Source: an uncultured delta proteobacterium
Lineage (GTDB): Bacteria; Myxococcota; Myxococcia; Myxococcales; Anaeromyxobacteraceae
NCBI GenBank assembly: GCA_963766715.1
Contig: CAVYBH010000012.1
Location: forward strand, 512,001 to 576,000
Reading direction: 5' to 3'
Length of the DNA stretch: 64,000 nucleotides
A program made the position numbers and the translations under genes. Of this stretch, positions 1 to 9,731 are shown one piece after another; position 1 is the stretch's first letter; each line of letters opens with the position of its first letter. The notes below the pieces were generated by a model. It was not told the DNA's origin. It saw only the letters and a program-made list of their open reading frames with translations, and searched no databases.

Positions 1-158
1 TCGCCCGATCGCGGGCGCTCGGCTTCATGGCGGCGTCCACGCACGAGGCAAGGAAATCCCGGGTAGACCCGAATGTCCTGAGCAGAACGGAGAGCAAGAA
101 AAAATTTGTGGAGGGCGCACCGAACGTCAAGTGCCGCAGGGCCTCCATGGCCAGGGGC

Positions 159-500
159 TCACGGACTCCTGGGACGGTGAGTCCTGCCCCCGGGGCCATG
201 CGCACCGGCGAAACCCGATGAAGGAGACGAAGTCCGGGAAATCGTCGAACGGAGCGCAGCGAGCTTGATGGTCCACAATCGCGACGCCTCGACGAACGGG
301 AGCAACTCCACGTCGAACCCTTGGCCCTGAGCCAGTTCGAGCAACCTGGCGAAGGCCCCGCATGCGACGGCGGCGGATGGGTTCTCGACGGCGAGCCAGA
401 AGACGTCCAGCTCGGGAAGGCGTTCGTCCTGCTTGTTCGCTCTCAGATGCGCATCTATCCGCCCCAAGAGATCCCGAAACGTCGCGCGACCTTCTCGCAT
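159..500 (-). CDS. hypothetical protein
   Basis: 113-aa ORF with protein-like composition (MREGRATFRDLLGRIDAHL); no family recognised. Confidence 0.4.
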   Translation of the reverse strand: MREGRATFRDLLGRIDAHLRANKQDERLPELDVFWLAVENPSAAVACGAFARLLELAQGQGFDVELLPFVEASRLWTIKLAALRSTISRTSSPSSGFAGAHGPGGRTHRPRSP

Positions 501-633
501 GGGGTGATTCTAGGCGGAGGAGCGGCCGCCTTGTATCCGGGAAACCCCGTACCGTACAAGCACTGGACACATCGCACACGGTCAAAGCGACCGCTGCCGG
601 GCCCTCGGGGAGACCTCGCGCCGTCCAGGGAGG

Positions 634-849
634 CTAGGTCGCCACCGCTGACCGGGTGGGCTTGGATTCAGGCGACGACGGAGCCGGCCGGATTCGATCC
701 AGCTCGGCGAGGCCAGCCTCCCGGGCATCGATCATCGACCGGAACCGCTGGCGCAGCACGAGGCCGTCGATCGCCAGAGACCACCGATCGTCATCCCCAA
801 AGATGTCGAGGTCGTGCAGGCCGCACTTCAGATGCATCCTCAGAGACAT
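634..849 (-). CDS. small hypothetical protein
   Basis: 71-aa ORF (HDLDIFGDDDRWSLAIDG) with non-shadow composition. Confidence 0.5.
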   Translation of the reverse strand: MSLRMHLKCGLHDLDIFGDDDRWSLAIDGLVLRQRFRSMIDAREAGLAELDRIRPAPSSPESKPTRSAVAT

Positions 850-1107
850 GGGTCCCCCTCGCAGACGCTACGCTTGAAGTGTAATCCGCGGGGATCTGCA
901 ATCCTGTCCCGCGTTGCCTCGTCACCGAGCCTTGGGTCCAGCGCGGCATGCGTCCTCGACTGCCGTGCTCCTCCCGGCGAGCAGTTCGGGAAAGCGGTCG
1001 CACTTCACGACTCCATACCCACTCGGGCTGCTCATCGGCGAACCGCCCCTTCGCGGTGTCTTGACGCCGATGACGGTTGGTGAATGCATGCCGACACTGG
1101 GGGACTC

Positions 1108-1702
1108 ATGCGACTCGCCTGCATCATTTTCGCCGCAGCCGTCTCGTCCAGTGCCGGATGTGCCGGGCCCAGCTCCTCGATCGCCCCGGTACAGCAGCCC
1201 GCTGGCGGGATCACGATTTACGGCATGAACGGATACATCCAGCGGATTGCCGTCTTCGACGATTGGGAGGTTGCCGTGGGGCCGAAGGACGGCCCAGCGT
1301 ATACCTCCCTCAACCTCACCTCCGCAGGCACCTGGAAGGGTACGGTGGCCTCCTTCGTCGAGGGGGGAAAGATGTACTCCAACCACGTTGAACTCGGGGT
1401 CACGGGTTCGCGCATCACCGGACCCGGGGTGGACGTGACCTACTCCCTCGTCGAGGGTGGGGGCTACCGGTTGGTCGGACTGTGGATGAAGGCGAACGTC
1501 GACCTCACCGTGACGCCGACGACCTGTCGCGACCAGTACGGGAGTTCCCCCGCGCACGCCCCGGGAGTCTACGGAGGAAGCGTCGAGGACCCCGTGATCC
1601 GGATGACCGGAGAGGCCGTCTCGCTCGACGCCCCCCGGCTGGCCCCAGGTCGCGCTGGCGGCGCTCTCCGCGGGACTGGGCGTTCGGACCTATCGACGGT
1701 AG
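1108..1702 (+). CDS. uncharacterised beta-rich lipoprotein (frameshift in C-run ~1631-1636)
   Basis: GGGGGA RBS, signal peptide ending SAGC; removing one C gives C-terminus APGWPQVALAAL...RR*, matching the paralog at 55915. Confidence 0.65.
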
Positions 1703-1718
1703 CTCAGGAAGGGATGGC

Positions 1719-2342
1719 ATGCGACTCGGCGGCCTGGGCTTGATGCTGGTGCTGGTCGTCAGCCAGGGGTGCGCTGGCGCAGGCGCCTCAGCCGCATCGG
1801 CCGCGCCTCCGATCCTCTTCGCCGACGGGATGACCCTTCCTCAGCCGGTCGATCCAGGATGCGTCGAGAAGGGCCTGGAGGGGTTGGCCCCGTTCGGCGG
1901 AGGCCGGGGAAGGGTCGAGGTGACCTTCGCCGTCCACGTGGACGGACGGGTCGACGAGGTCGGAAACGCGAAGGGCATCTACAGCAACGCGACCCTGCGG
2001 GAAATCCGAGATGCCCTGCGCCAGTGCGAGTGGGTTCCCGGAAAGGACCTGGACGGACGGCCGGCGTCGATCTGGGTCTCGATCTCCGTTCGAGCTCGGG
2101 TCGAAGTGGCCAATCCAGGCTCCATGGGTAGAGTCCCAGCCTGTTCGTGTGCGCTGAAGGAGGACGAGTTGCGCGCCTTGACCGTGATTGGCCTTCTCCT
2201 CGCGCTGTCGGGCTGCGCGACGACGTCGTCCTATACGAACGAGCCCTGGATCCCGGATGAGCGAATTCCGGGGGCCTGGCTGCCGAACTCTCGGGTTCCC
2301 GTCATGAACTACCAACCCCCGCCGGCTCCCAACCGACCGTAG
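1719..2342 (+). CDS. lipoprotein with TonB C-terminal-like domain (true stop probably near 2130-2160)
   Basis: MRLGGLGLMLVLVVSQGC signal; GRVEVTFAVHVDGRV...WVPGKDLDGRP resembles TonB_C. Confidence 0.55.
   Translation: MRLGGLGLMLVLVVSQGCAGAGASAASAAPPILFADGMTLPQPVDPGCVEKGLEGLAPFGGGRGRVEVTFAVHVDGRVDEVGNAKGIYSNATLREIRDALRQCEWVPGKDLDGRPASIWVSISVRARVEVANPGSMGRVPACSCALKEDELRALTVIGLLLALSGCATTSSYTNEPWIPDERIPGAWLPNSRVPVMNYQPPPAPNRP
2169..2342 (+). CDS. small lipoprotein (57 aa)
   Basis: AAGGAGG RBS at 2157-2163, TTG start, MRALTVIGLLLALSGC lipobox. Confidence 0.55.
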   Translation: MRALTVIGLLLALSGCATTSSYTNEPWIPDERIPGAWLPNSRVPVMNYQPPPAPNRP

Positions 2343-2372
2343 CCGCTCCATCGAGTTCCCGCACCGGGAGTC

Positions 2373-2396
2373 CGTGTGCACCCCTCGTGTGCACCC
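2373..2396. repeat. 11-bp direct repeat CGTGTGCACCC x2, candidate integrase arm-type sites
   Basis: Exact copies at 2373-2383 and 2386-2396, about 75 bp from the tRNA-Sec 3' end. Confidence 0.55.
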
Positions 2397-2469
2397 TGCC
2401 GGACTGCGCGTGGTCCCGAATGGAGACAACACCCCGGAACAACAGGGGGAAGACGGGATACTGAACGGA

Positions 2470-2565
2470 CGGCGGGACAGGGGAATCGAACCCCCCAGGA
2501 GCGCCTCTCAGCACCCCTCACCGGTTTTGAAGACCGGGCCCGGCACCAGCCTGGGACGTCCCGCC
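2470..2565 (-). tRNA. selC: tRNA-Sec (UCA)
   Basis: 8-bp acceptor stem GGCGGGAC/GTCCCGCC, CTTCAAA anticodon loop, long variable arm, 5-bp T stem with TTCGATT; CCA not encoded. Confidence 0.97.
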
Positions 2566-2572
2566 GCCGACC

Positions 2573-2601
2573 GGTGTAGCCGCGCGGCTTCGCCGGGTCA
2601 A
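2573..2601 (-). promoter_or_regulatory. sigma70-like promoter of selC
   Basis: TTGACC-N17-TACACC, 7 nt upstream of the tRNA. Confidence 0.55.
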
Positions 2602-2606
2602 GCGCG

Positions 2607-4190
2607 CTACCGGGGCGCCTTCGACGGGCGGTCCGCGGCGGCCGGTGCGGCGTGGTCCTCGCCGTACGGCGTCAGGCGGAGCGCCGAGACCTCGTGGGGC
2701 ATGGCCCGGCGAAGGACCCGGTAGTACTGCATGGGGGAGTAGAAGACGAAGTTGGAGGCCCGGCTGGTGTAGATGCAGGCGTAGTCCTCGATTTGCTCGC
2801 CGATGCGGGAGTTCTCGCTGCCTTCCTTGAAGGTGAGCCCCCAGTAGCGGTTGTACCCGGTCTCCACCTGCTGCTGCAGCTCGGCGATCCGGGCGTTGGC
2901 GTCCCGCAGCGCGAGCCGCAGCGCCTCGAGCTCCCGCTTCATCCGGGTGCGCTCCTCCTCCAGGGTCGCCGCCGCGGGATCCTGCGAGGGAAGCCGGTCC
3001 AGGCGCCGCTCGATGGCGTTCAGGGCGGCGCGGTGGGCCGCGGCCTCGTCGTCCACCCGCAGTCTCAGGTCCTCGAGGGCGCCGACCTCCTCGAGCGCGC
3101 CCCGGTTCCGATCGAGCCAGTCGATCTCCCGCTCCAGCTCCTCGATGACGAGGCAGGTCCGCCACTGCGAGCTCTTCTTGGACCGCAGGATGTCGCCGTA
3201 GATGTGGTCGCCGACGTAGAGGACGCGGTCGCCGCCCGCGCCCAGCAGGCGCTCCAGGTCGCCGCGGTTCCCCCCCGCGTAGGTGCGTCCGCGCTCGAAG
3301 GCGTGGACCTCGCCGGGGAGGGGAGCGCCGGCGGCGTCGAGCTCGACGAACGGGCTCGTGCTCGAGAAGAACCCCGGCTTGCCCGACGCCGTGACGACCG
3401 CGTCGAAGTAGTTCCGCCAGATCGGGTACTCGGGCAGCACGCCGTCGAGGAGGTGGTGCATCACCGCCTCGGTGTAGTCCAGGTGCGAGTTGGTGAGCAG
3501 GAAGAGCTTCTTCCCGGTGGAACGGAGCTTGTGGAGCGCCGGCCCGAGCTCGGCGTCGCGGACGATGAAGTGGGCCAGGTCGGCCTTCACGCGGGTCTTC
3601 AGGGAGCCATCGGCGTGGATCCGGTCCATCGACTCCCGGACGTCGGTGAAGAGCCGCTCGTAGTCGAGGCGATGCTCCGGGGTCTCCTCGAGCTGGATCA
3701 CCTGGGCGAAGAGGGCCGCCTCGGGCAGCGAGAAGAGGGTGTCGATCCAGGCGAACCGGGGGGAGGAGAGGCCGACCCGCTCGTCCCGGTAGGTCCTGTA
3801 GCGCTCCTCGCGAGGGACCGGCACGAGGCCGTGATAGGCCCGGCCGACGTGGTTGTGGCGGTCCATCTTGAAGATGTTGCCGGTGAGCTTGTCGATCACC
3901 AGCCCGCGGATGACGAAATCGGCGTCGTAGCGGAGCTGGCGCAGGCGGTCCGGCCAGCCGCGGTCCGCGATCAGCCGCTCGACCGTCATGTCGAACTCGA
4001 GCTGCTCGAGGTGGAGCAGCTGGTAGATGGCCAGGGTGTAGTCCATGTCGAAGCCGACCACCTCGATCTTGTCCATCCGGAGGTTCCGGTTGACGAAGAT
4101 CTGGCGGGGCGTCGGGACGTCGCGGCCGCCGGCACGGGGTCCGGCGAGGATGGACTGCACGACGGGGTCGAGGTAGGCGGCGTCGGCCAT
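2607..4190 (-). CDS. HAD-IG family 5'-nucleotidase (cN-II-like)
   Basis: IFVNRNL..GFDMDYTLA, LFLLTNS, LYVGDHIYGDIL, YACIYTSRASN motifs. Confidence 0.93.
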   Translation of the reverse strand: MADAAYLDPVVQSILAGPRAGGRDVPTPRQIFVNRNLRMDKIEVVGFDMDYTLAIYQLLHLEQLEFDMTVERLIADRGWPDRLRQLRYDADFVIRGLVIDKLTGNIFKMDRHNHVGRAYHGLVPVPREERYRTYRDERVGLSSPRFAWIDTLFSLPEAALFAQVIQLEETPEHRLDYERLFTDVRESMDRIHADGSLKTRVKADLAHFIVRDAELGPALHKLRSTGKKLFLLTNSHLDYTEAVMHHLLDGVLPEYPIWRNYFDAVVTASGKPGFFSSTSPFVELDAAGAPLPGEVHAFERGRTYAGGNRGDLERLLGAGGDRVLYVGDHIYGDILRSKKSSQWRTCLVIEELEREIDWLDRNRGALEEVGALEDLRLRVDDEAAAHRAALNAIERRLDRLPSQDPAAATLEEERTRMKRELEALRLALRDANARIAELQQQVETGYNRYWGLTFKEGSENSRIGEQIEDYACIYTSRASNFVFYSPMQYYRVLRRAMPHEVSALRLTPYGEDHAAPAAADRPSKAPR

Positions 4191-4269
4191 GCCCCCGCGG
4201 AGATAGCACGCCCCGCCGCGCCGGGCGATGGAACCTTGCGTGGGCAGCGGGCTGTGGCAGGCTCGACGG

Positions 4270-4524
4270 GTGGCTCCCCCTCCTACCCGACCCCCGCGCG
4301 CCCCGGTCCGGCGACGGCCGGCCCGTCCCTCGGTCGGCGAGATCGTGGAGCGCCTGGTCGCCCTCGAGGAGCGTCTCGCACGGGTCGAGGAGGGGCGCCC
4401 GCCTCCGGGTGACGGTCGCACCACCCCGGGGCCGCTGCGAAAGGCGCCGCCGCGCTGCCTGGGCTGTGGCCTGCCCCTGAAACGCAAGGCCGGCCGTTGC
4501 CGGTGGTGCGGGCGGCCCCTCTGA
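4270..4524 (+). CDS. small coiled-coil / zinc-ribbon protein
   Basis: ERLVALEERLARVE then CLGC...CRWC; start uncertain. Confidence 0.55.
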   Translation: MAPPPTRPPRAPVRRRPARPSVGEIVERLVALEERLARVEEGRPPPGDGRTTPGPLRKAPPRCLGCGLPLKRKAGRCRWCGRPL

Positions 4525-4550
4525 GCGTTATCCATCCCGGGAGGCGCCTC

Positions 4551-5835
4551 GTGCCCCCCGACCCCCGTCCGCCCCCCATCGACCTCTCCGCCGTCGTCGC
4601 CCACACCCTCCCGAATGGACTCTCGGTTCGGGTCCTTCCGGACCGGCTCGTCCCGGTGGTGAGCTACTACACCTTCTTCCGGGTGGGCTCCCGCAACGAG
4701 CGGCCCGGGATCACCGGGATCAGCCACCTCTTCGAGCACATGATGTTCAACGGCTCGGAGCGGTTCGGGCCGAAGGAGTTCGACCGGGTGCTCGAGTCGC
4801 ACGGCGGAGCCTCGAACGCCTACACCTCGAACGACCTCACCGCCTATCACGACGATTTCGCGAGCGATGCGCTCCCGGTGGTGATCGACCTGGAGTCCGA
4901 CCGGATGCGGGCGCTCCGGATCTCGGAGGAAGGGCTCACCCAGGAGCGGTCGGTGGTGATGGAGGAGCGGCGGCTCCGGACCGACAACTCCCACTTCGGC
5001 CTGCTCGAGGAGCAACTGGAGTCGCTGGTCTTCCAGGCCCATCCGTATCGATGGCCGGTCATCGGCTGGATGGACGACATCGCGCGGATCAGCCGGGCCG
5101 ATTGCCTGGAGTTCTTCCGGACCTATTACGCGCCCGGCAACGCATCCATCTACGTGTGCGGCGACGTCGACCCGGACGACCTGCTCCGGCGAATCGAGGC
5201 GGCCTACGGCGGCATCCCGGCCGGGCCGCCCGTGCCTCCGCCGATCTCGGGCGAGCCGGTGCAGCGAGGGGAGCGTCGCGCCGCCGTCCGGCACCCCGCT
5301 CACGCGACGGCCATGCTGGCGGGCTTCCGGGGCCCCGCGGCGGCGGCTCCCGACTCGGCGGTGCTCGACCTCCTCCAGACCTGCCTCGCCACGGGAGAGG
5401 GATCCCGCCTGCGGCGCCGGCTCGTCCAGGAGCTCGAGGTGGCGGTCTCCGTCGGGGTGGGCTGGACCTGGCGGGCCGACCCCGGGGTCTTCCTCTTCTC
5501 GATGGAGCTGGCGCCGGGCGCGTCGCCGCGCAAGGCCGAGGACGCCCTGTGGGGCGAGGTGGAGCGCGTCGCCTCGCGGGGGGTCGGCGAGCGGGAGATG
5601 TCCCGCGCGCGCGCCCTGCTCCGGAGCAGCGTTCTCCACGAGTTCTCCACCCGCAACGGGGTGGCCCATGCGCTCGGGCAGGCCGAGGCCCTCCTCGGCG
5701 ACTGGCGCGAGGCCGGGCGAGCCCTCGCCCGGTACGAGGCGGTGGGCGCGAGCGACGTGCGCCGTGCCGCCCGGGAATGGCTCGACCCGGCGAAGAGGAA
5801 CGTGGTGTGGCTGGACGCCGGAGACGACGCGATGA
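4551..5835 (+). CDS. M16 family zinc peptidase, active subunit
   Basis: HLFEH inverted zincin motif, SNAYTS, HPYRWPVIG; reads in frame into the next subunit. Confidence 0.92.
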
Positions 5836-7152
5836 CGGCGGTGGTCCTCCCCGAGATCCACGAGGCCCGCCTCGCCGGCGGACTTCGCGTCGTCGTGGGG
5901 CGTCGCCCCGGGGTGCCGCTCGCGGCCGCCCGGCTCCTCGTCCGCGCCGGCTCCGCACTCGATCCCGCGGGGAGCTTCGGCCTCGCCCACATGGTGGCCG
6001 CGACCTCCCGGCGTGGCGCCGGACGTCGAGCCGGGACCGCCATCGACGACCTGGTCGAGTCGCTGGGCGCCGACCTGGGCGGAGGCGCGGAGGAGGACGC
6101 GACGGTCCACGGCCTCTCGGCCCCGGTGGAGGTGCTCCCACGGCTCCTGGAGGTCCTGGCCGACGTGGTCACGCGGCCGACCTTCCCGCAGGCCGAGTTC
6201 GAGCGGTTGCGGCGCAGGGAGCAGGCCGAGCTGGCGCACGACGCCGACGAGCCGGGCACCGTCGCCGATCGTGCGCTTCTCGAGGCCGTCTACGCGGGGC
6301 ATCCCTACGGGCACGCCGTCGAGGGACGGGGGCGGGATCTGGCGCGAATGCGAAGGCGGGATGCCGTGGCCTTCCACGAGCGGTGGTTCGGCTCGGAAGG
6401 CGCCCTGCTGGTGGTGACCGGGTCGGTGGATCCCGCGCCAGGCCATCGAGGAGGCGGAGCGGCGACTGGGTCGCTGGCGCCCGGCTGCAGCGCCGCCGCC
6501 GGAATCTCGCGGCCGCCGTCCGGGGCGCCCGGCGGGTCATCGTCGTGGACAAGCCCGACGCGACCCAGGCCCACGTCCGCATCGGGGGGGTGGCCATCCC
6601 GCGGCGAAGTCCCGACTACTTCCCGGCGCTGCTCGCGAACACCGTCCTGGGCGGAGGGTTCACCTCCCGCCTGGTCGAGGCCATCCGGGTGAACCGCGGC
6701 CTCTCCTACGGCGTCCGGTCGCGGTTCGCGGTGGGCCGGGACACCGGGATGTTCGCCATCTCGAGCTTCACGAAGAACGAGAGCGCCGGGGAGCTCGTCG
6801 AGGTCGCCCTGGACGAGATGGCCCGCTTCGCCGACGGCGGCCCGACCGACGAGGAGGTGGCCCGGTCCTCCAGCTACCTCGCCGGGCTCTTCCCGCTCTC
6901 CCTCGAGACGCACGACCAGTGGGCCGACCGGATTGGCGACGCCTGGATGTACGGCTACCCGCTGTCCGAGGTCCCGGAGCATCCGGCCCGGATCCGGCGC
7001 GTCTCGGCGGAGGAGGCGCGCAGCGCGGCGCGCCGTCACCTCCCGCTCGCAGGACGGCGTGCTGCTCGGCGGTGGGGCCTGCGAAGGCGCTCGAGAAGCA
7101 GCTCGGCCGCTTCGGCCCGGTCGAGGTGTGGCCGGTGCGGCGGGCCATGTGA
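5832..7152 (+). CDS. M16 family peptidase, non-catalytic subunit (frameshifted)
   Basis: No HxxEH; LGGGFTSRLVEAIRVNRGLSYGV motif; frame breaks near 6440 and 7050. Confidence 0.85.
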
Positions 7153-7844
7153 CCCTCGAGGTCCTCCTCGCCGACGAGCAACTCGCCGCGGTGGCGAAGC
7201 CAGCCGGCCGGATCGTCGTGCCCGGGAGGGACAAGGACGAGCCCACCCTCCGGGCGGAGGCGGAGGCGATCCTCGGTCCGCTCTGGGTCGTCCACCGGCT
7301 CGACCGCGGGACGAGCGGCGTCCTCCTCTTCGCGCGGACGGCGGAGGCGCATCGGATCCTCTGCGGCCTCTTCGAGCACCACCGGGTCTCGAAGCGGTAC
7401 CTGGCGCTCGTGCAGGGGAGTCGTCCCGGCGGAGCTTGCGCGTGGACGCGCCCGTCGCTGTCGGACGCAAGGGGCGGATGCGGGCCGGGGAGGGGATTCC
7501 CGGGGCGCGGGCCTCGTCGACCTTCGTCCGCCCGCTCGCTTCCTTTCCTCCTCACGCCTCCCTCGTCGAGGCCTACCCGGCCTCGGGGCGGACGCACCAG
7601 GTGAGGGTGCACCTCGCCCACGCCGGGCACCCGCTCCTCGTCGACCCCGACTACGGGGAGGCGCCGCCCTGGAGGGCGCCGGGCGGGCACCATGGCGCTC
7701 GAGCGGACCCCGCTCCACGCCGCCTCGCTCGAGTTCCTCCACCCGTCCACGGGCGCGGCCATCCGGATCGAGGCGCCGCTTCCCCCCGACATGCAGGAGG
7801 CCATCCTGGCCCTGCGCGCCGTTCAGGAATCGAAGAGCGGCTGA
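7149..7844 (+). CDS. RluA family pseudouridine synthase (frameshifted)
   Basis: KPAG, VHRLDRGTSG, GRTHQVRVHL, LHAASL motifs over three frames. Confidence 0.88.
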
Positions 7845-9002
7845 CCGCGCTCGAACGTGCGGACCGCGAAGGCGCAGACGAGAAGCGTGGCGGCGACCGT
7901 CGCGCCGGTGGCAGATCCAGGCCTGGACCGGGACGAGCGGCATGCCCCGCACCAACTCGTTCACGATCATCTGCTGGCCGAGGAAGGGAACCGCGTAGAG
8001 CGATGCGGCCGGCCGGGCGGACTGGAAGGCGAGAGCCATTCCCGGCAGCGACGGCACCAGCATGAGGAGGGAGAGGGAGGTCTGGGCGGCCCGGAAGGTC
8101 TTGGCCCTCGCCGCGAAGATCACCATGAGGGAGGCGGCGAGCAGGACGATGGGAAGGCAGAGGAAGAAGGTGCGGAGCAGCATGCCCGGGTCGAGCTGGA
8201 CCGAGAATCCGAGCCGGACCGAGGGCATGGCGAGCGGGACGATGCCGAAGCCGATGAGCGTCTCGGCCAGCGTGGCGGCTCCGAACGCCGCCGACGCGCC
8301 CACCTTGGCGAGGACGAGGGCCGAGCGGGGAATCGGGGCCGCGAAGAGGGGCTCGAGCGACTGTCGCTCTCGCTCGCCTGCGGTCACGTCGATGGCGATG
8401 GGCATGCCACCCGTGAACATGGCCATCACCAGGAAGAACGGGATGGTGGCGAGCAGCATGGCGGCCCGGCTGGCCGGCGTGGAGAGGTCCTCCCGCTCGA
8501 TCGCGAGGGGCTCCACCACGGCCGGGTGGATGCCGCGCACGACGAGGCGCTGGGCGGCGACCTGGCTCGACCAGGCCTGGAGCAGCTTCTCCGCCATGGC
8601 CGTGGCCGGCCGGGACTGGTGCCGGGATTCGTCGAGGATCAGCTTCACGGGAGCGGGCTGACCGGACCGGAGCTTCTCCCCGAAGTCGGGCGGGATGACG
8701 ATCACCACGGGGACGTCGCCGCGACGGACGGCCTCCTCCGGATTGGACGGGGCCTCCACCACCCGGGCGCCCTGCTCGAGCATGGCCACCAGGTTCGGGG
8801 CGTTCGCACGACCCGCCACGGGAATCTCCACGCCCTTCTCCTCGGCCTGCCGGGAGGAGTCGGAGACCAGGAACAGCATGACGATGACGAGAATCGGGCC
8901 GAGCACCGGGAAGAAGAGGGCGGTGATGAGGGCCTTGCGGTCCCGCAGCCCCTCGCGAAGCTCCTTGGAGAGCACGACCCAGAACGAGCGCAGCCAGTTC
9001 AT
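7823..9002 (-). CDS. ABC transporter permease, NatB-like
   Basis: KELREGLRDRK, AGERERQSLEPL, several TM segments; frameshift near the 3' end. Confidence 0.85.
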
Positions 9003-9731
9003 GCGAGCCCCTCCTCGGAGCCGATGGCGGCCACGAAGGCGTCCTCGAGACTCTCCCGGCCGGTCTGGCGGCGCAGGTCGTCGGGAGTGCCCTCGGCGAC
9101 GACGGCCCCCCGGGCGATGACCACCACGCGATCGCAGAGGGCGGAGACCTCCTGCATCACGTGGGAGGAGAAGAGGATGCAGCGCCCTTGCTCCCGGAGC
9201 TGCCGGAGCAGCGTCCGGACCTGTCGCGTGGCGGCGACGTCGAGCCCGTTGGTGGGCTCGTCGAGGACCACGTTGCGGGGGTCGTGCACCAGCGCGCGGG
9301 CGAGCGCCACCTTCACGCGCTGTCCCTGGGAGAACCCCTCGGTCCTCCGGTCGGCGATGTCCTCCATGCGCGAGCGCCGCGATGAGCTCGTCGGCGCGGC
9401 GGTTCAGGGCCGGGCCCGAGAGGCCGTGCATCTGGCCGAAGTAGAGGATGTGCTCCCGGGCGGTCAGGCGCGTGTAGAGCCCCTGGGCATGAGGAAAGAC
9501 GCCCAGGCGGCGCTGGGCCTCGAGCCGGGCAGAGGAGAGGTCGATCCCGTCGACGAGGGCATGGCCGGAGTCGGGTCGGAGGACCCCGTACACGACCCGG
9601 AGCGCCGTGGTCTTGCCGGCGCCGTTCGGGCCGAGGAGGCCGGTGACCTGGCCGTCCGGCACCTCGAAGCTCACCCCGGCGAGGGCCTTCACCTCGCCGA
9701 AGGACTTGGCCACGCCGTCGAGCCGGATCAC
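8999..9731 (-). CDS. ABC ATP-binding protein, NatA-like (frameshift ~9370)
   Basis: GPNGAGKT, FSQGQ, LDEPTNGLD, SSH. Confidence 0.9.

Noticed and set aside
205..245. Hammerhead-like CCGATGA...GAAA
   Set aside because: The core deviates from CUGAUGA and the three stems could not be formed.
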